19,893 nt of DNA. It comes from a virus (taxonomy: Duplodnaviria; Heunggongvirae; Uroviricota; Caudoviricetes). Each line of letters starts with the position of its first letter. Within the stretch, counting starts at the first letter, position 1. Below, piece after piece: positions 1 to 6,907 of the stretch. The notes below the pieces were generated by a model that saw only the letters and a program-made list of their open reading frames with translations, ran no database searches and was not told the origin of the DNA. A program made the translations under genes and the position numbers. The DNA is taken from positions 93,865-113,757 of IMG/VR virus record IMGVR_UViG_3300047160_006104; one strand, 5' to 3'.

Positions 1-1
1 A

Positions 2-1054
2 GATCGGCGGCGTTATGCGAATGATGCTGGCGATACGTTCGGCCGGTATTGCGACGGCTGCGGAGAATCTTGGAATTGTGAGGACTGCAATGCCGGCCCA
101 TTTATCTGCCAGGATTGCGATTACGATCCAGACTGCGACCATGATAACGATGACGATTACGAGCCGGACTGCGACTGCTCCGATTGCCGCTATGCGCGTT
201 CTGGTGACGGTAGGGTCCGGAACTATTCATATCGGCCCGTGTTCATTCCGAAGGGCGGCACAGACCCGCTGAAAATGGGAATTGAATTAGAGATCGGCGG
301 TAGCCAAACCGAAATCGTTGACATAGTCGACGCTATCGCCCACGACATCCGCCGCGGAAACGTTAACGGTATCAGCAGTACGGATGACTCGAAGCATCTG
401 TATTGCAAAGACGACGGGTCAATTCAAGGTGTCGAGATTGTGTCGCATCCGATGACCCTCGGCTATGCACGACAATTCCCGTTCCGCCGATTGTTGGATG
501 AACTGCGTGATGACTGCTACGTCGAGGACGGATACGGTTTGCACGTCCATGTTTCTAGGGCAGCATTCCAATCGGCTAGTGGTAAGCATTCGCCTATCCA
601 AACGATGAAATGGTTACTGTTCATCCAGCGGAATAAGGACATGCTGACTGGATACGACAGGTTGGCGCGTAGGCCCGAATCGTCGTGGGCCAAGTTCGGC
701 AATCCGAAGAGAGGTGAGATAGCGCGTAAGGCTAAAAACGATCCGACATCGCGCCGCCAGCGATGCAACTGTGACGAGTACCGGATGCAGCATTACATGT
801 CGGATCATTGCGATGACCGCTATCAGGCAGTGAATTGCAATAACCCGGACACCTACGAATTGCGGTTCTTCAAGTCCACCCTATCCCCGCACGAGCTGTA
901 CGCGGCTATGGAATTTGTGGATGCTTCCGTGCGGTACTGCCGTACCGTGCCTACGTTCGACGTCCTAGCTGGCCGCGGGTTGTCGTGGCAGCGGTTCGCA
1001 TCGTGGGCACAGCGGCACAACTACAAGGCACTTGTCGCGGAAATATCGAAATAA
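2..1054 (+). CDS. Amidoligase (COOH-NH2 ligase type 2, Amidoligase_2-like) with Cys/Asp-rich N-terminal extension; 5'-partial
   Basis: Frame 2 is open from base 2 (DRRRYANDAGDTFGRYCDGCGESWNCEDC...CQDC...DCDCSDC...VRNYSYRPVF), so the GTG at 239 is not the true start. Motifs: NYSYRP, MGIELEI, KDDGSI..VEIVSHPM, GLHVHVSR, RYQAVN, TYELRFFKST. Confidence 0.85.
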   Translation, partial: DRRRYANDAGDTFGRYCDGCGESWNCEDCNAGPFICQDCDYDPDCDHDNDDDYEPDCDCSDCRYARSGDGRVRNYSYRPVFIPKGGTDPLKMGIELEIGGSQTEIVDIVDAIAHDIRRGNVNGISSTDDSKHLYCKDDGSIQGVEIVSHPMTLGYARQFPFRRLLDELRDDCYVEDGYGLHVHVSRAAFQSASGKHSPIQTMKWLLFIQRNKDMLTGYDRLARRPESSWAKFGNPKRGEIARKAKNDPTSRRQRCNCDEYRMQHYMSDHCDDRYQAVNCNNPDTYELRFFKSTLSPHELYAAMEFVDASVRYCRTVPTFDVLAGRGLSWQRFASWAQRHNYKALVAEISK

Positions 1055-1083
1055 TCTCTGTCTACAGATTGGAACAGACAATT

Positions 1084-1983
1084 ATGTGTCATTTAACGTA
1101 TATGCCTGACGGTATCGGCATAGATCAAGATGGACTATTCAATGCTGGATATTGCAATAGCGATGGGCATGGGTGGGCGATAGCCTCACCTATCGGATTG
1201 ATTCTGGGTAAGTCATTAGACCTAGCCGATGCGGTGGAACAGTTTGTGGATGCTCGGAAACGGTTCGACAATGCGGGCCCAGCGCTGTTTCATTCCCGCT
1301 GGGCCACGCATGGCAGCATCTGCATATCCAATTGTCATCCGTTCCTAGTCGGCGGTAGTCATCAGACGGTAGTTGCACACAATGGTGTGCTCCCTCGCAG
1401 TGCGCATCCGGGTGCGAGTGATGATCGGTCTGATACTCGGCTATTCGCGGACGAGATTCTGCCTAGACAGTATCGCCGTTTAGATCGGCGGAATGTGCGG
1501 CGTGCATTGACGGAATGGGTGGGTCGTGGGAATAAGCTCGTCATACTCACGACGGATCCGCGATACCGGCAGAATGTGTATCTGATTAATGAGTCCGCTG
1601 GGCAATGGGACAAAGCAGGTATCTGGCATTCGAATGGAGACCATAAGCCTTACTACTCGGCGAAAGCCTCGACGTGTGGGTACGGCAATGGGGATTGGAC
1701 ACCTAGCACACGTCACGTATTAGGTAAGCCATCGGATCCGACATGGACATACAGCACGGGTACGTTATGCGGATTCTGCGGGATGGGAGTCGTCGACCGT
1801 AACGGCTATTGCGATTACGGTTTTTGCCGTTCCTGCCAGGACTGCGCTGAGCACATTAAAGATTGCCTGTGCTACACCAATGGCGCTTATGACTATTTGA
1901 CTAGTCCCGATCCGGTATTGGGGTCGTGCGATGACATCGAATGGGTAAACGACATCGCTGTGGTGAGAGGTGAGAAGAAATGA
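1084..1983 (+). CDS. Class II (Ntn) glutamine amidotransferase with Cys-rich C-terminal tail
   Basis: ATG at 1084 gives Met-Cys (the N-terminal nucleophile). Motifs: NSDGHG, HSRWATHG, NCHPF, HNG, SDT. Tail contains CGFCG...CDYGFCRSCQDC...CLC. Confidence 0.9.
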   Translation: MCHLTYMPDGIGIDQDGLFNAGYCNSDGHGWAIASPIGLILGKSLDLADAVEQFVDARKRFDNAGPALFHSRWATHGSICISNCHPFLVGGSHQTVVAHNGVLPRSAHPGASDDRSDTRLFADEILPRQYRRLDRRNVRRALTEWVGRGNKLVILTTDPRYRQNVYLINESAGQWDKAGIWHSNGDHKPYYSAKASTCGYGNGDWTPSTRHVLGKPSDPTWTYSTGTLCGFCGMGVVDRNGYCDYGFCRSCQDCAEHIKDCLCYTNGAYDYLTSPDPVLGSCDDIEWVNDIAVVRGEKK

Positions 1984-2372
1984 CTCCGCTAGTTCGTAGG
2001 TTTGCGCATAGCCGCAATATCGGCTTCTATGTGTTCCAAGATGGGCAATGGCAGCGGGTATCCCAAGCGGAATGGAATGCACACCAGTGCGCCATAATGA
2101 AGAAAACAGAATGGAGTAACAATGTTGGTGACCGGGATGATCGCAGTAGCTGGAATCACGTTGGCATGTTCGGCCGTACTCATCGGAGTATACGTTATGC
2201 GGATTCTGCGGGATGGGAGTCGTCGACCGTAACGGCTACACACCAGTGCGCCATAATGAAGAAAACAGAATGGAGTAACAATGTTGATGACCGGGATGAT
2301 CGCAGTAGCTGGAATCACGTTGGCATGTTCGGCCGTACTCATCGGAGTACAGCGGATGACGAGACAGGGTGA
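1980..2372 (+). CDS. Hypothetical protein (130 aa) carrying the internal duplication
   Basis: ATGA overlap with the amidotransferase stop supports the start, but the 3' two-thirds overlaps two better-looking micropeptide ORFs in other frames. Confidence 0.4.
   Translation: MTPLVRRFAHSRNIGFYVFQDGQWQRVSQAEWNAHQCAIMKKTEWSNNVGDRDDRSSWNHVGMFGRTHRSIRYADSAGWESSTVTATHQCAIMKKTEWSNNVDDRDDRSSWNHVGMFGRTHRSTADDETG
2080..2349 (+). repeat. 111-bp direct repeat (2080-2190 and 2239-2349, one mismatch) flanking a 48-bp spacer identical to 1761-1808
   Basis: Base-by-base comparison. The only difference is G2128 vs A2287. Spacer tacgttatgc...aacggcta matches the amidotransferase gene exactly. Confidence 0.97.
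2122..2232 (+). CDS. Membrane micropeptide A (36 aa, MLVTGMIAVAGITLACSAVLIGVYVMRILRDGSRRP)
   Basis: GGAG 5 nt upstream of ATG; one hydrophobic helix followed by a basic tail. Below the ORF-track cutoff. Confidence 0.5.
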   Translation: MLVTGMIAVAGITLACSAVLIGVYVMRILRDGSRRP

Positions 2373-2382
2373 CGATAAGTAA
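2281..2382 (+). CDS. Membrane micropeptide B (33 aa, MLMTGMIAVAGITLACSAVLIGVQRMTRQGDDK)
   Basis: Same RBS and TM helix as peptide A; the stop lies just before the terminator. Confidence 0.6.
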   Translation: MLMTGMIAVAGITLACSAVLIGVQRMTRQGDDK

Positions 2383-2392
2383 ATAGCAGTCC

Positions 2393-2431
2393 AAGAAATG
2401 CCCGCCCTTGCCAAGGGCGGGCATTTCTTTT
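2393..2431 (+). terminator. Rho-independent terminator, possibly bidirectional
   Basis: Perfect 17-bp stem aagaaatgcccgccctt / aagggcgggcatttctt with a 3-nt loop and T-rich 3' end, directly after the operon. Confidence 0.9.
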
Positions 2432-2535
2432 GCTCCTGCTGGAATTTCCTCTGCTGGGGACCTTGGTCGGCCCGTGCTCCCTGGTGTGATAGGCCTACTT
2501 GCCGTCTGGTTTAGCCGTATGCGGACGTTCACCGT

Positions 2536-2738
2536 ATGGCGGGCACCACGACACCAGGAAGCCCTACCGTGTCGCCAGCGTCGACGCTAGGGCACCGTAT
2601 CGCGATATGGCCTGGTGTGCGGCACGCTGGATGCCTCATGCGGTGCCCTGAGACGGACTGAGACGTCCTGAGACAGGTCGCCTGGTGTCGCGGTGCCCGC
2701 CATGCCGTCTTGTGCGCTGGCGTGACAGCTAGGGCACC
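2536..2738. repeat. Nested dyad-symmetric site with five GGGCACC boxes
   Basis: 23-bp inverted repeat 2536-2558/2681-2703 (1 mismatch) and 9-bp inverted pair 2589-2597/2641-2649, both centred at about 2619. GGGCACC at 2541(+), 2590(+), 2642(-), 2692(-), 2732(+). Confidence 0.85.
2648..2674 (+). repeat. Three CTGAGAC heptamers with 10-bp period
   Basis: CTGAGAC at 2648, 2658 and 2668. Confidence 0.85.
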
Positions 2739-2785
2739 ATACGACGAAATCCGCATGTCACTGTCACGTCACGCCTCCCATAATG

Positions 2786-2925
2786 GCGAATCGGAATGGT
2801 GTCATTCGAGCCGCGGCATTGCGAATCGGAATGGTGCAATTCCGCCCTCACAGAATTGAATCAGAATGGCGTAATTCGACCCCAAAACAATGGCGAAAGA
2901 ATGGTTTCAATTAGACAACCAATGT
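2786..2925. repeat. Four degenerate 35-bp tandem units with palindromic core GAATGGYGNNATTC
   Basis: AATGG at 2795, 2830, 2865 and 2900 (exact 35-bp period). Units 1 and 2 share gcgaatcggaatggtg. GAAT...ATTC dyad in units 1-3. Confidence 0.8.
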
Positions 2926-3348
2926 AGCTGAAGGATGCCCCTGGCCAGCATTCCCGCAGGTCACAGCCCTACCACCACCCAGGTCGAATTAGCTCGACTA
3001 GGCAAACTGATAGCAACGCTATGCAACGCCGTGACCAGCGCAAACGCGCGTCGACCCCGAAACCAGCAACCGCAAAGTCCAGGCGCCTGGCGGGCGCCCT
3101 GGCGGAGCCGGTTCCCGAGGACCGAGGTTATCAGTTAGGTTGATATGGGGGTTGACCTGGGGTTTTGGTGGTTTGGCGGTGGTTTGGTGGTAACAGTGAT
3201 CACGGTCCGAGCTTGCTGTATTTGGTCATGTGGCGCTGCAGTGTGTGAGTGCGTTGTTGAGTGTGGTGTAGTCGGGATGTCGGTGCATATACTTTCGTTC
3301 ATGACACGCCGGAACAGCCGGGAGCAGACACAGATAGGGACACGACAC

Positions 3349-3537
3349 ATGGAGACAATCGACCGGCGGCTGCGGAGTCTGGACGAGACCCGGCAGCAGC
3401 TTCCCATCAGCATGTCCAAGCTGCACAGGTTGATGCGCGCGGGCGAACTGACCCGCGTGAAAATCGGTGCCCGAGCTTTCGTCACCCAGCAGAGCATCGA
3501 TGACTATGTGGACCGGCTGGAGGCCGCTGCGAAATGA
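3349..3537 (+). CDS. Excisionase-like HTH (HTH_17/MerR-type) DNA-binding protein
   Basis: AGGGA RBS; LRSLDETRQQLPISMSKLHRLMRAGELTRVKIGARAFV fits the xis-like winged-HTH pattern. Confidence 0.8.
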   Translation: METIDRRLRSLDETRQQLPISMSKLHRLMRAGELTRVKIGARAFVTQQSIDDYVDRLEAAAK

Positions 3538-3538
3538 A

Positions 3539-3566
3539 ACCGCCACCCGCAGGGACGGGCGGCGGT
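3539..3566 (+). terminator. GC-rich hairpin after the first HTH gene
   Basis: accgccacccg / cgggcggcggt stem with 1 mismatch and a 6-nt loop; no U-tract. Confidence 0.35.
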
Positions 3567-3689
3567 CACGAAGTTGCCGACTTCGCTTCCGAGGCACATA
3601 TTTGGGTTTCGACACGCCGACAGCATCCCAGCTATCCGCGCGAAAAACGGTAGACACACCGGCAAGCGATGAGAAAAGGAGCAAGAACC

Positions 3690-3905
3690 GTGGACACCAC
3701 CACACGCCGGATGCTGCTGAGCGTCCCTGAAGCCGCATACGCGCTGAACATCTCCCGCGCGATGCTCTACCGACTGTTGGCGCGCGGGGAGTTGGTGTCG
3801 GTGCGTATCGGCGCCCGCGCGTTCGTGGAGCAACAGGAACTGGATTCCTACGTGGCCCGGCGCCGCCAGGCGCGCTTGACCGAACTCGGCGCGCAGGGGT
3901 CGTGA
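3690..3905 (+). CDS. Second excisionase-like HTH (HTH_17) protein
   Basis: AAAGGAG RBS before GTG 3690; LLSVPEAAYALNISRAMLYRLLARGELVSVRIGARAFV. Confidence 0.85.
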   Translation: MDTTTRRMLLSVPEAAYALNISRAMLYRLLARGELVSVRIGARAFVEQQELDSYVARRRQARLTELGAQGS

Positions 3906-3945
3906 ACAAGAAAGGCCCGGCCGCGGCGGCGGGAGCGGCGGAACC

Positions 3946-4311
3946 CATTTAGACGCCGACGCCGTGACGGCGCTCCTGAAGGCGGCTGAAGGCTCGCGGT
4001 ATCACCCCGTGCTGCTGCTCATCGCGGCCACCGGACTACGCAGGGGTGAGGCGCTGGGGCTGGCGTGGTCGGCCGTCGACCTCGACGCCGGGCTGCTGCG
4101 GGTGGCCGCGACGCTGGCCCGCGTCGGTGGGCGGCTGGTCATCACGCCAGCCAAAACCGACCGCTCGCGGCGCGAGGTCCCGCTGCACCCGCAGGTGGCG
4201 GCGATGCTCCGCAAGCACCGCGTCGAGCAGAAAGCCGAGCGCCTGCGCGCAGGCAACAAGTGGACCGATACCGGGCTGGTGTTTTGCACCGCGCTCGGCA
4301 CGCCGGTCGAG
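3946..4311 (+). pseudogene. int: Tyrosine integrase fragment (first half of the catalytic domain only)
   Basis: HLDADAV..LL, TGLRRGEALGLAW..VDL (catalytic Arg), PAKTDRSRREVPL (catalytic Lys), W..TGLVFCT.LGTPVE. Similarity stops there: no HxxR/H/Y box and no N-terminal domain. Confidence 0.85.
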
Positions 4312-4416
4312 TCCACCGACCGATTCCCTGTTGTCGCGCTGCAACGCCATCATGTATTTGAGGTCTGTGTTGGTTGCTGGGCGGGCGGTGAATGTCGCTG
4401 CTTGCGTCATCATCAT
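4311..4416 (-). pseudogene. 5' remnant of a leftward gene, possibly a GNAT acetyltransferase; frame continues antisense into int to 4036
   Basis: ATGA overlap with the upstream gene's stop. MMMTQAATFTARPATNTDLKYMMALQRDNRESVGGL resembles a GNAT beta1-alpha1 start (RPAT..DL). Based on only about 35 aa. Confidence 0.35.
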
Positions 4417-4709
4417 GCGGCGCCTTTGGGGTAGGGGGGTTCGGTGATTGGTGCCGGGGCCGGTGCGGACATGTCGCGCCAGAGGACGTCTTTTTCGGGC
4501 ATCAGTTTTTCTCCGGCGTCTAGGCGGCGTTGCTGTTCGAGGGCGAAGGCGACCCAGGTTTTCAGGCCGCCGGGTTGGGGGATGAGTTCGCGGGTGTTGG
4601 CGTGGGCGATGGCGGTGTCTTGGGCTTTGCGTAGCTCGTGCCAGTTCATCCGGTCGACGGGCGGTCGGTAGGTGGTGAGGTGGGTGATGGTGGGGCGCTC
4701 CCAGTCCAT
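4413..4709 (-). CDS. Hypothetical protein (98 aa)
   Basis: AGGAG RBS before ATG; translationally coupled to the next gene. Confidence 0.75.
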   Translation of the reverse strand: MDWERPTITHLTTYRPPVDRMNWHELRKAQDTAIAHANTRELIPQPGGLKTWVAFALEQQRRLDAGEKLMPEKDVLWRDMSAPAPAPITEPPYPKGAA

Positions 4710-4816
4710 CGGTTCTCCTGGTATCCGCAGTACAGGCAGGTGAGGATGTGGTTTTTGAAGCGTAAGCCGAGTTTGGTGCAGTGTGGGCAGCGTTTGAAGA
4801 TTTTTTTGCGGCCCAC
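4646..4816 (-). CDS. Small Zn-ribbon protein (56 aa, MGRKKIFKRCPHCTKLGLRFKNHILTCLYCGYQE...)
   Basis: GTG just after the upstream stop; CPHC...CLYC motif. Not in the ORF track (<60 aa); overlaps the next gene by about 60 nt. Confidence 0.55.
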   Translation of the reverse strand: MGRKKIFKRCPHCTKLGLRFKNHILTCLYCGYQENRWTGSAPPSPTSPPTDRPSTG

Positions 4817-4820
4817 CGGT

Positions 4821-4982
4821 TCATTGTTGGTTGTCGGTGAGTCGGTTGGCGAGCTCGGTGAGGTCGGCGGAGAGGTCGCCGTGGTGGAAGCCGGCGAGGA
4901 TCATGGCGGCGGTGCGGATGAGTTCGACATCAGCCTGGGTGGTGGAAAGTGGTGATTTTTCATCACTTCGCGTTTGCGGCAT
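4821..4982 (-). CDS. Hypothetical protein (53 aa)
   Basis: AGGAAG RBS before ATG 4982; fits the leftward operon. Confidence 0.6.
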   Translation of the reverse strand: MPQTRSDEKSPLSTTQADVELIRTAAMILAGFHHGDLSADLTELANRLTDNQQ

Positions 4983-5032
4983 ATCAATCTTCCTGATGCT
5001 GTTTTCCCATGTCGGTTTCAAAATTTTCGGGC

Positions 5033-5275
5033 CTAGACCGGCGGGTCCGGGTTTGCTCGTTGGTTGATGGACAGGATCGGGCCGGTATAGGTTGAGCCGA
5101 TACCCACCACCACGCCGTAGCTGAATTTTTCGCGGTTTTCTGAGGTGTCGCAGGCCCAGTAGGGGGGTGGGACGCGGACGACGTCGCCGACACGGATGGG
5201 CAGCTCGCCCGTCCAGCGGTAGGTGAGTTCTTTGGTTTTGCCGCCGATCGCGACACGGATTTTTGAATCGGTCAT
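5033..5275 (-). CDS. Hypothetical protein (80 aa, predicted small beta domain, LPIRVGDVVRVPP...GVVV)
   Basis: ATG 5275 inside ORF 5033..5461; protein-like composition starts there. Confidence 0.7.
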   Translation of the reverse strand: MTDSKIRVAIGGKTKELTYRWTGELPIRVGDVVRVPPPYWACDTSENREKFSYGVVVGIGSTYTGPILSINQRANPDPPV

Positions 5276-5289
5276 GCCCCCGTAGTGTA

Positions 5290-5520
5290 TTACCGGGCAT
5301 AGGGGTTGTATCTGCGTCGCCGCCACCACGGCCGCGCCTCGATTTCCTCGACCGCGCGTAGCAGCATGGTGTTGTCGTCGACCAGCCTGTTGATCATCTG
5401 GTGCAGGTCGGGACCTGGGATGTCCATGCTGGGTGCGTGAGCGTTTTGGATGGCGTGCCACAGTTTGATGGTCGTGGTGCAGTGGTCGCGGGCCATCCGC
5501 ACGAAACTGTCTTCACTCAC
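5290..5520 (-). CDS. Hypothetical protein (76 aa)
   Basis: GCAAGGAAGAC RBS before GTG; overlaps the upstream stop. Confidence 0.7.
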   Translation of the reverse strand: MSEDSFVRMARDHCTTTIKLWHAIQNAHAPSMDIPGPDLHQMINRLVDDNTMLLRAVEEIEARPWWRRRRYNPYAR

Positions 5521-5782
5521 AGTGTCTTCCTTGCATCGGTTGGCTGTGTTCGTGTGCCTGGGTCAGTAGTTCGCCGTGGTGTTTCCATTGCTCGAGGACA
5601 TCCACGATGACGTTCAGATCACGCAGGCTCAGGTCGTTGGTGGAGCTGATGGTGGGGTCGTGGATGATCCACCGGAACACGTTAAGTCGGGCTTCGCGGT
5701 CGGTGATTTCGGCTTTGCGGAGCAGCGCATAGACGTGGCGGCAGCGGCGCCGCCAACGAGCATCCTCGTCGGGTTCATTCAT
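5513..5782 (-). CDS. Hypothetical helical protein (89 aa), weakly GemA/DUF1018-like; alternative upstream start at 5884 would add a TM segment
   Basis: GCAAGGAAGAC RBS before ATG 5782; YALLRKAEI...R...ISSTNDLS..DL..IVD.L pattern. Confidence 0.65.
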   Translation of the reverse strand: MNEPDEDARWRRRCRHVYALLRKAEITDREARLNVFRWIIHDPTISSTNDLSLRDLNVIVDVLEQWKHHGELLTQAHEHSQPMQGRHCE

Positions 5783-5941
5783 CGGGTCTTCCTTGCCTTG
5801 GCGCCAGTCGCGGGTGGTGGCCATGATGAGCACGGTGTTGAGTGTGCAGAGCATGGTCAGGGCGAGGATCGCGGCGGTCATCATCTGGGTAGGGATAGCA
5901 TCTGCAGGTGAACGGCATGCTACCACGATAAGCCAGCCCAC

Positions 5942-5950
5942 TGCTATAAT
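5942..5950 (+). promoter_or_regulatory. Extended -10 promoter TGCTATAAT at the divergence point, probably leaderless
   Basis: Perfect TGnTATAAT with a GTG start at 5957 (6-nt gap), located where the leftward and rightward gene blocks diverge. Confidence 0.6.
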
Positions 5951-5956
5951 CGTGGG

Positions 5957-6145
5957 GTGGGGTTCGTGTGGTCTGTCGTTGTCACTGAGACGGATGTGGC
6001 GGCATGCGGTTGTTCTAACACTTCAGACCCGCAGGGCTGGCTGTTGGTCCTGCCGATAGGCGGCGGCGCCCTAGCTGGGCTGGGCATCGCGGCCTGTATG
6101 TTCATCTGGTATCTCACCTGGTGGGAAAACAAGCACAAGCGGTAG
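5957..6145 (+). CDS. Small membrane protein (62 aa)
   Basis: TM segment WLLVLPIGGGALAGLGIAACMFIWYLTWW plus basic tail; promoter immediately upstream. Confidence 0.6.
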   Translation: MGFVWSVVVTETDVAACGCSNTSDPQGWLLVLPIGGGALAGLGIAACMFIWYLTWWENKHKR

Positions 6146-6153
6146 GAGAGCTA

Positions 6154-6399
6154 ATGATTACAACTGTTGAGGGCATCGAACACCGCCTAAGCATGACCCC
6201 CGCTCACGTCCAGTGCGACGAGTGCGGCGACATGTATAGGTGCCTGCGCTACAGCAAATGGGGCACGCCTGAGCAACGGGAACGGCTCAGAGCCGACCTG
6301 CTCGAAGCTGGCTGGTACGTCGAGGGGAATCACGAGCGTCACGTCTGCCCGTTATGCGTTAGCTCGACAGGATTATCGGCTGGGGCCGGGGATGCGTAG
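6154..6399 (+). CDS. Zn-binding hypothetical protein (81 aa)
   Basis: AGGAG RBS; CDEC...L.EAGW....HVCPLC. Confidence 0.75.
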   Translation: MITTVEGIEHRLSMTPAHVQCDECGDMYRCLRYSKWGTPEQRERLRADLLEAGWYVEGNHERHVCPLCVSSTGLSAGAGDA

Positions 6400-6457
6400 C
6401 GGCATCGTGCTCGGTAACCCCGAACCGGACGGTCAGACGCCTGTTGGAGGCGGTGCT

Positions 6458-6574
6458 GTGAGTAGTGAGCCGGAACAACCGCCGGATGTGAGCGAGATCG
6501 AGTTCGACACGATTTTCGGTTGGTGGGTTTCTGATGGGAGGCGCCGTGACCACCTGCACCTGCGAAATCGGTGA
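6458..6574 (+). CDS. Small hypothetical protein (38 aa)
   Basis: GGAGG RBS before GTG 6458. Confidence 0.4.
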   Translation: MSSEPEQPPDVSEIEFDTIFGWWVSDGRRRDHLHLRNR

Positions 6575-6689
6575 GGACGGGTTCTTGATCCGCACCCCCG
6601 ATTGCCCGCTGCACAGCCGGAAAAAGACTCTCCTGGAGAAGGCGCACACGGTGCGGGAACGGCTGCGTGACTGGTGGAACGGGAAATAA
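6546..6689 (+). CDS. Small Cys/His protein (47 aa, MTTCTCEIGEDGFLIRTPDCPLH...)
   Basis: GGAGG RBS; CxC...CPLH motif; below the ORF-track cutoff. Confidence 0.65.
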   Translation: MTTCTCEIGEDGFLIRTPDCPLHSRKKTLLEKAHTVRERLRDWWNGK

Positions 6690-6697
6690 GGAGAAAG

Positions 6698-6832
6698 ATG
6701 GTAGTGATTGTGGGCGCGGTCATGGTGGCGGTGGGAATCACCATCGGCTGGGTATATCAGGACCAGCGCACCCGGCGCGGCGCGGGCCAGAAGGTGCCCC
6801 GTTTGTATGAGACGCCGGGGCCACGCGCCTAG
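6698..6832 (+). CDS. Small membrane protein (44 aa)
   Basis: AAGGAG RBS; N-terminal TM helix MVVIVGAVMVAVGITIGWVY followed by a basic tail. Confidence 0.7.
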   Translation: MVVIVGAVMVAVGITIGWVYQDQRTRRGAGQKVPRLYETPGPRA

Positions 6833-6907
6833 ATGGATGCATCCAAAAGCACAGGATAGCTGATGCTGTGGTCACTGTGGGACCGCTGGCGGGTTTATGC
6901 TGCCGGT

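Noticed and set aside
985-1083. ORF-track upstream starts (985, 12434, 15835) and the internal start at 239
   Set aside because: Better starts are 1084 (Met-Cys nucleophile), 12524 (ATGA overlap) and 15988 (GGAGG RBS); the amidoligase frame is open from the window edge.
2080-2349. CRISPR array or diversity-generating retroelement
   Set aside because: Only two repeats, 111 bp long and protein-coding, with no cas or reverse transcriptase in the window. The single A/G difference cannot establish adenine-specific mutagenesis.
2786-2925. Mini-CRISPR array
   Set aside because: The 35-bp total unit is too short for repeat plus spacer, and the repeats are degenerate.
3964-4434. Functional integrase
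   Set aside because: Lacks the HxxR, His/Trp and catalytic Tyr motifs and the N-terminal domain; the last ~40 codons are antisense of another gene.
4801-4824. Programmed -1 frameshift at A-AAA-AAA linking ATG 4824 to the CPHC frame
   Set aside because: An in-frame GTG at 4816 gives the Zn-ribbon protein without any frameshift.
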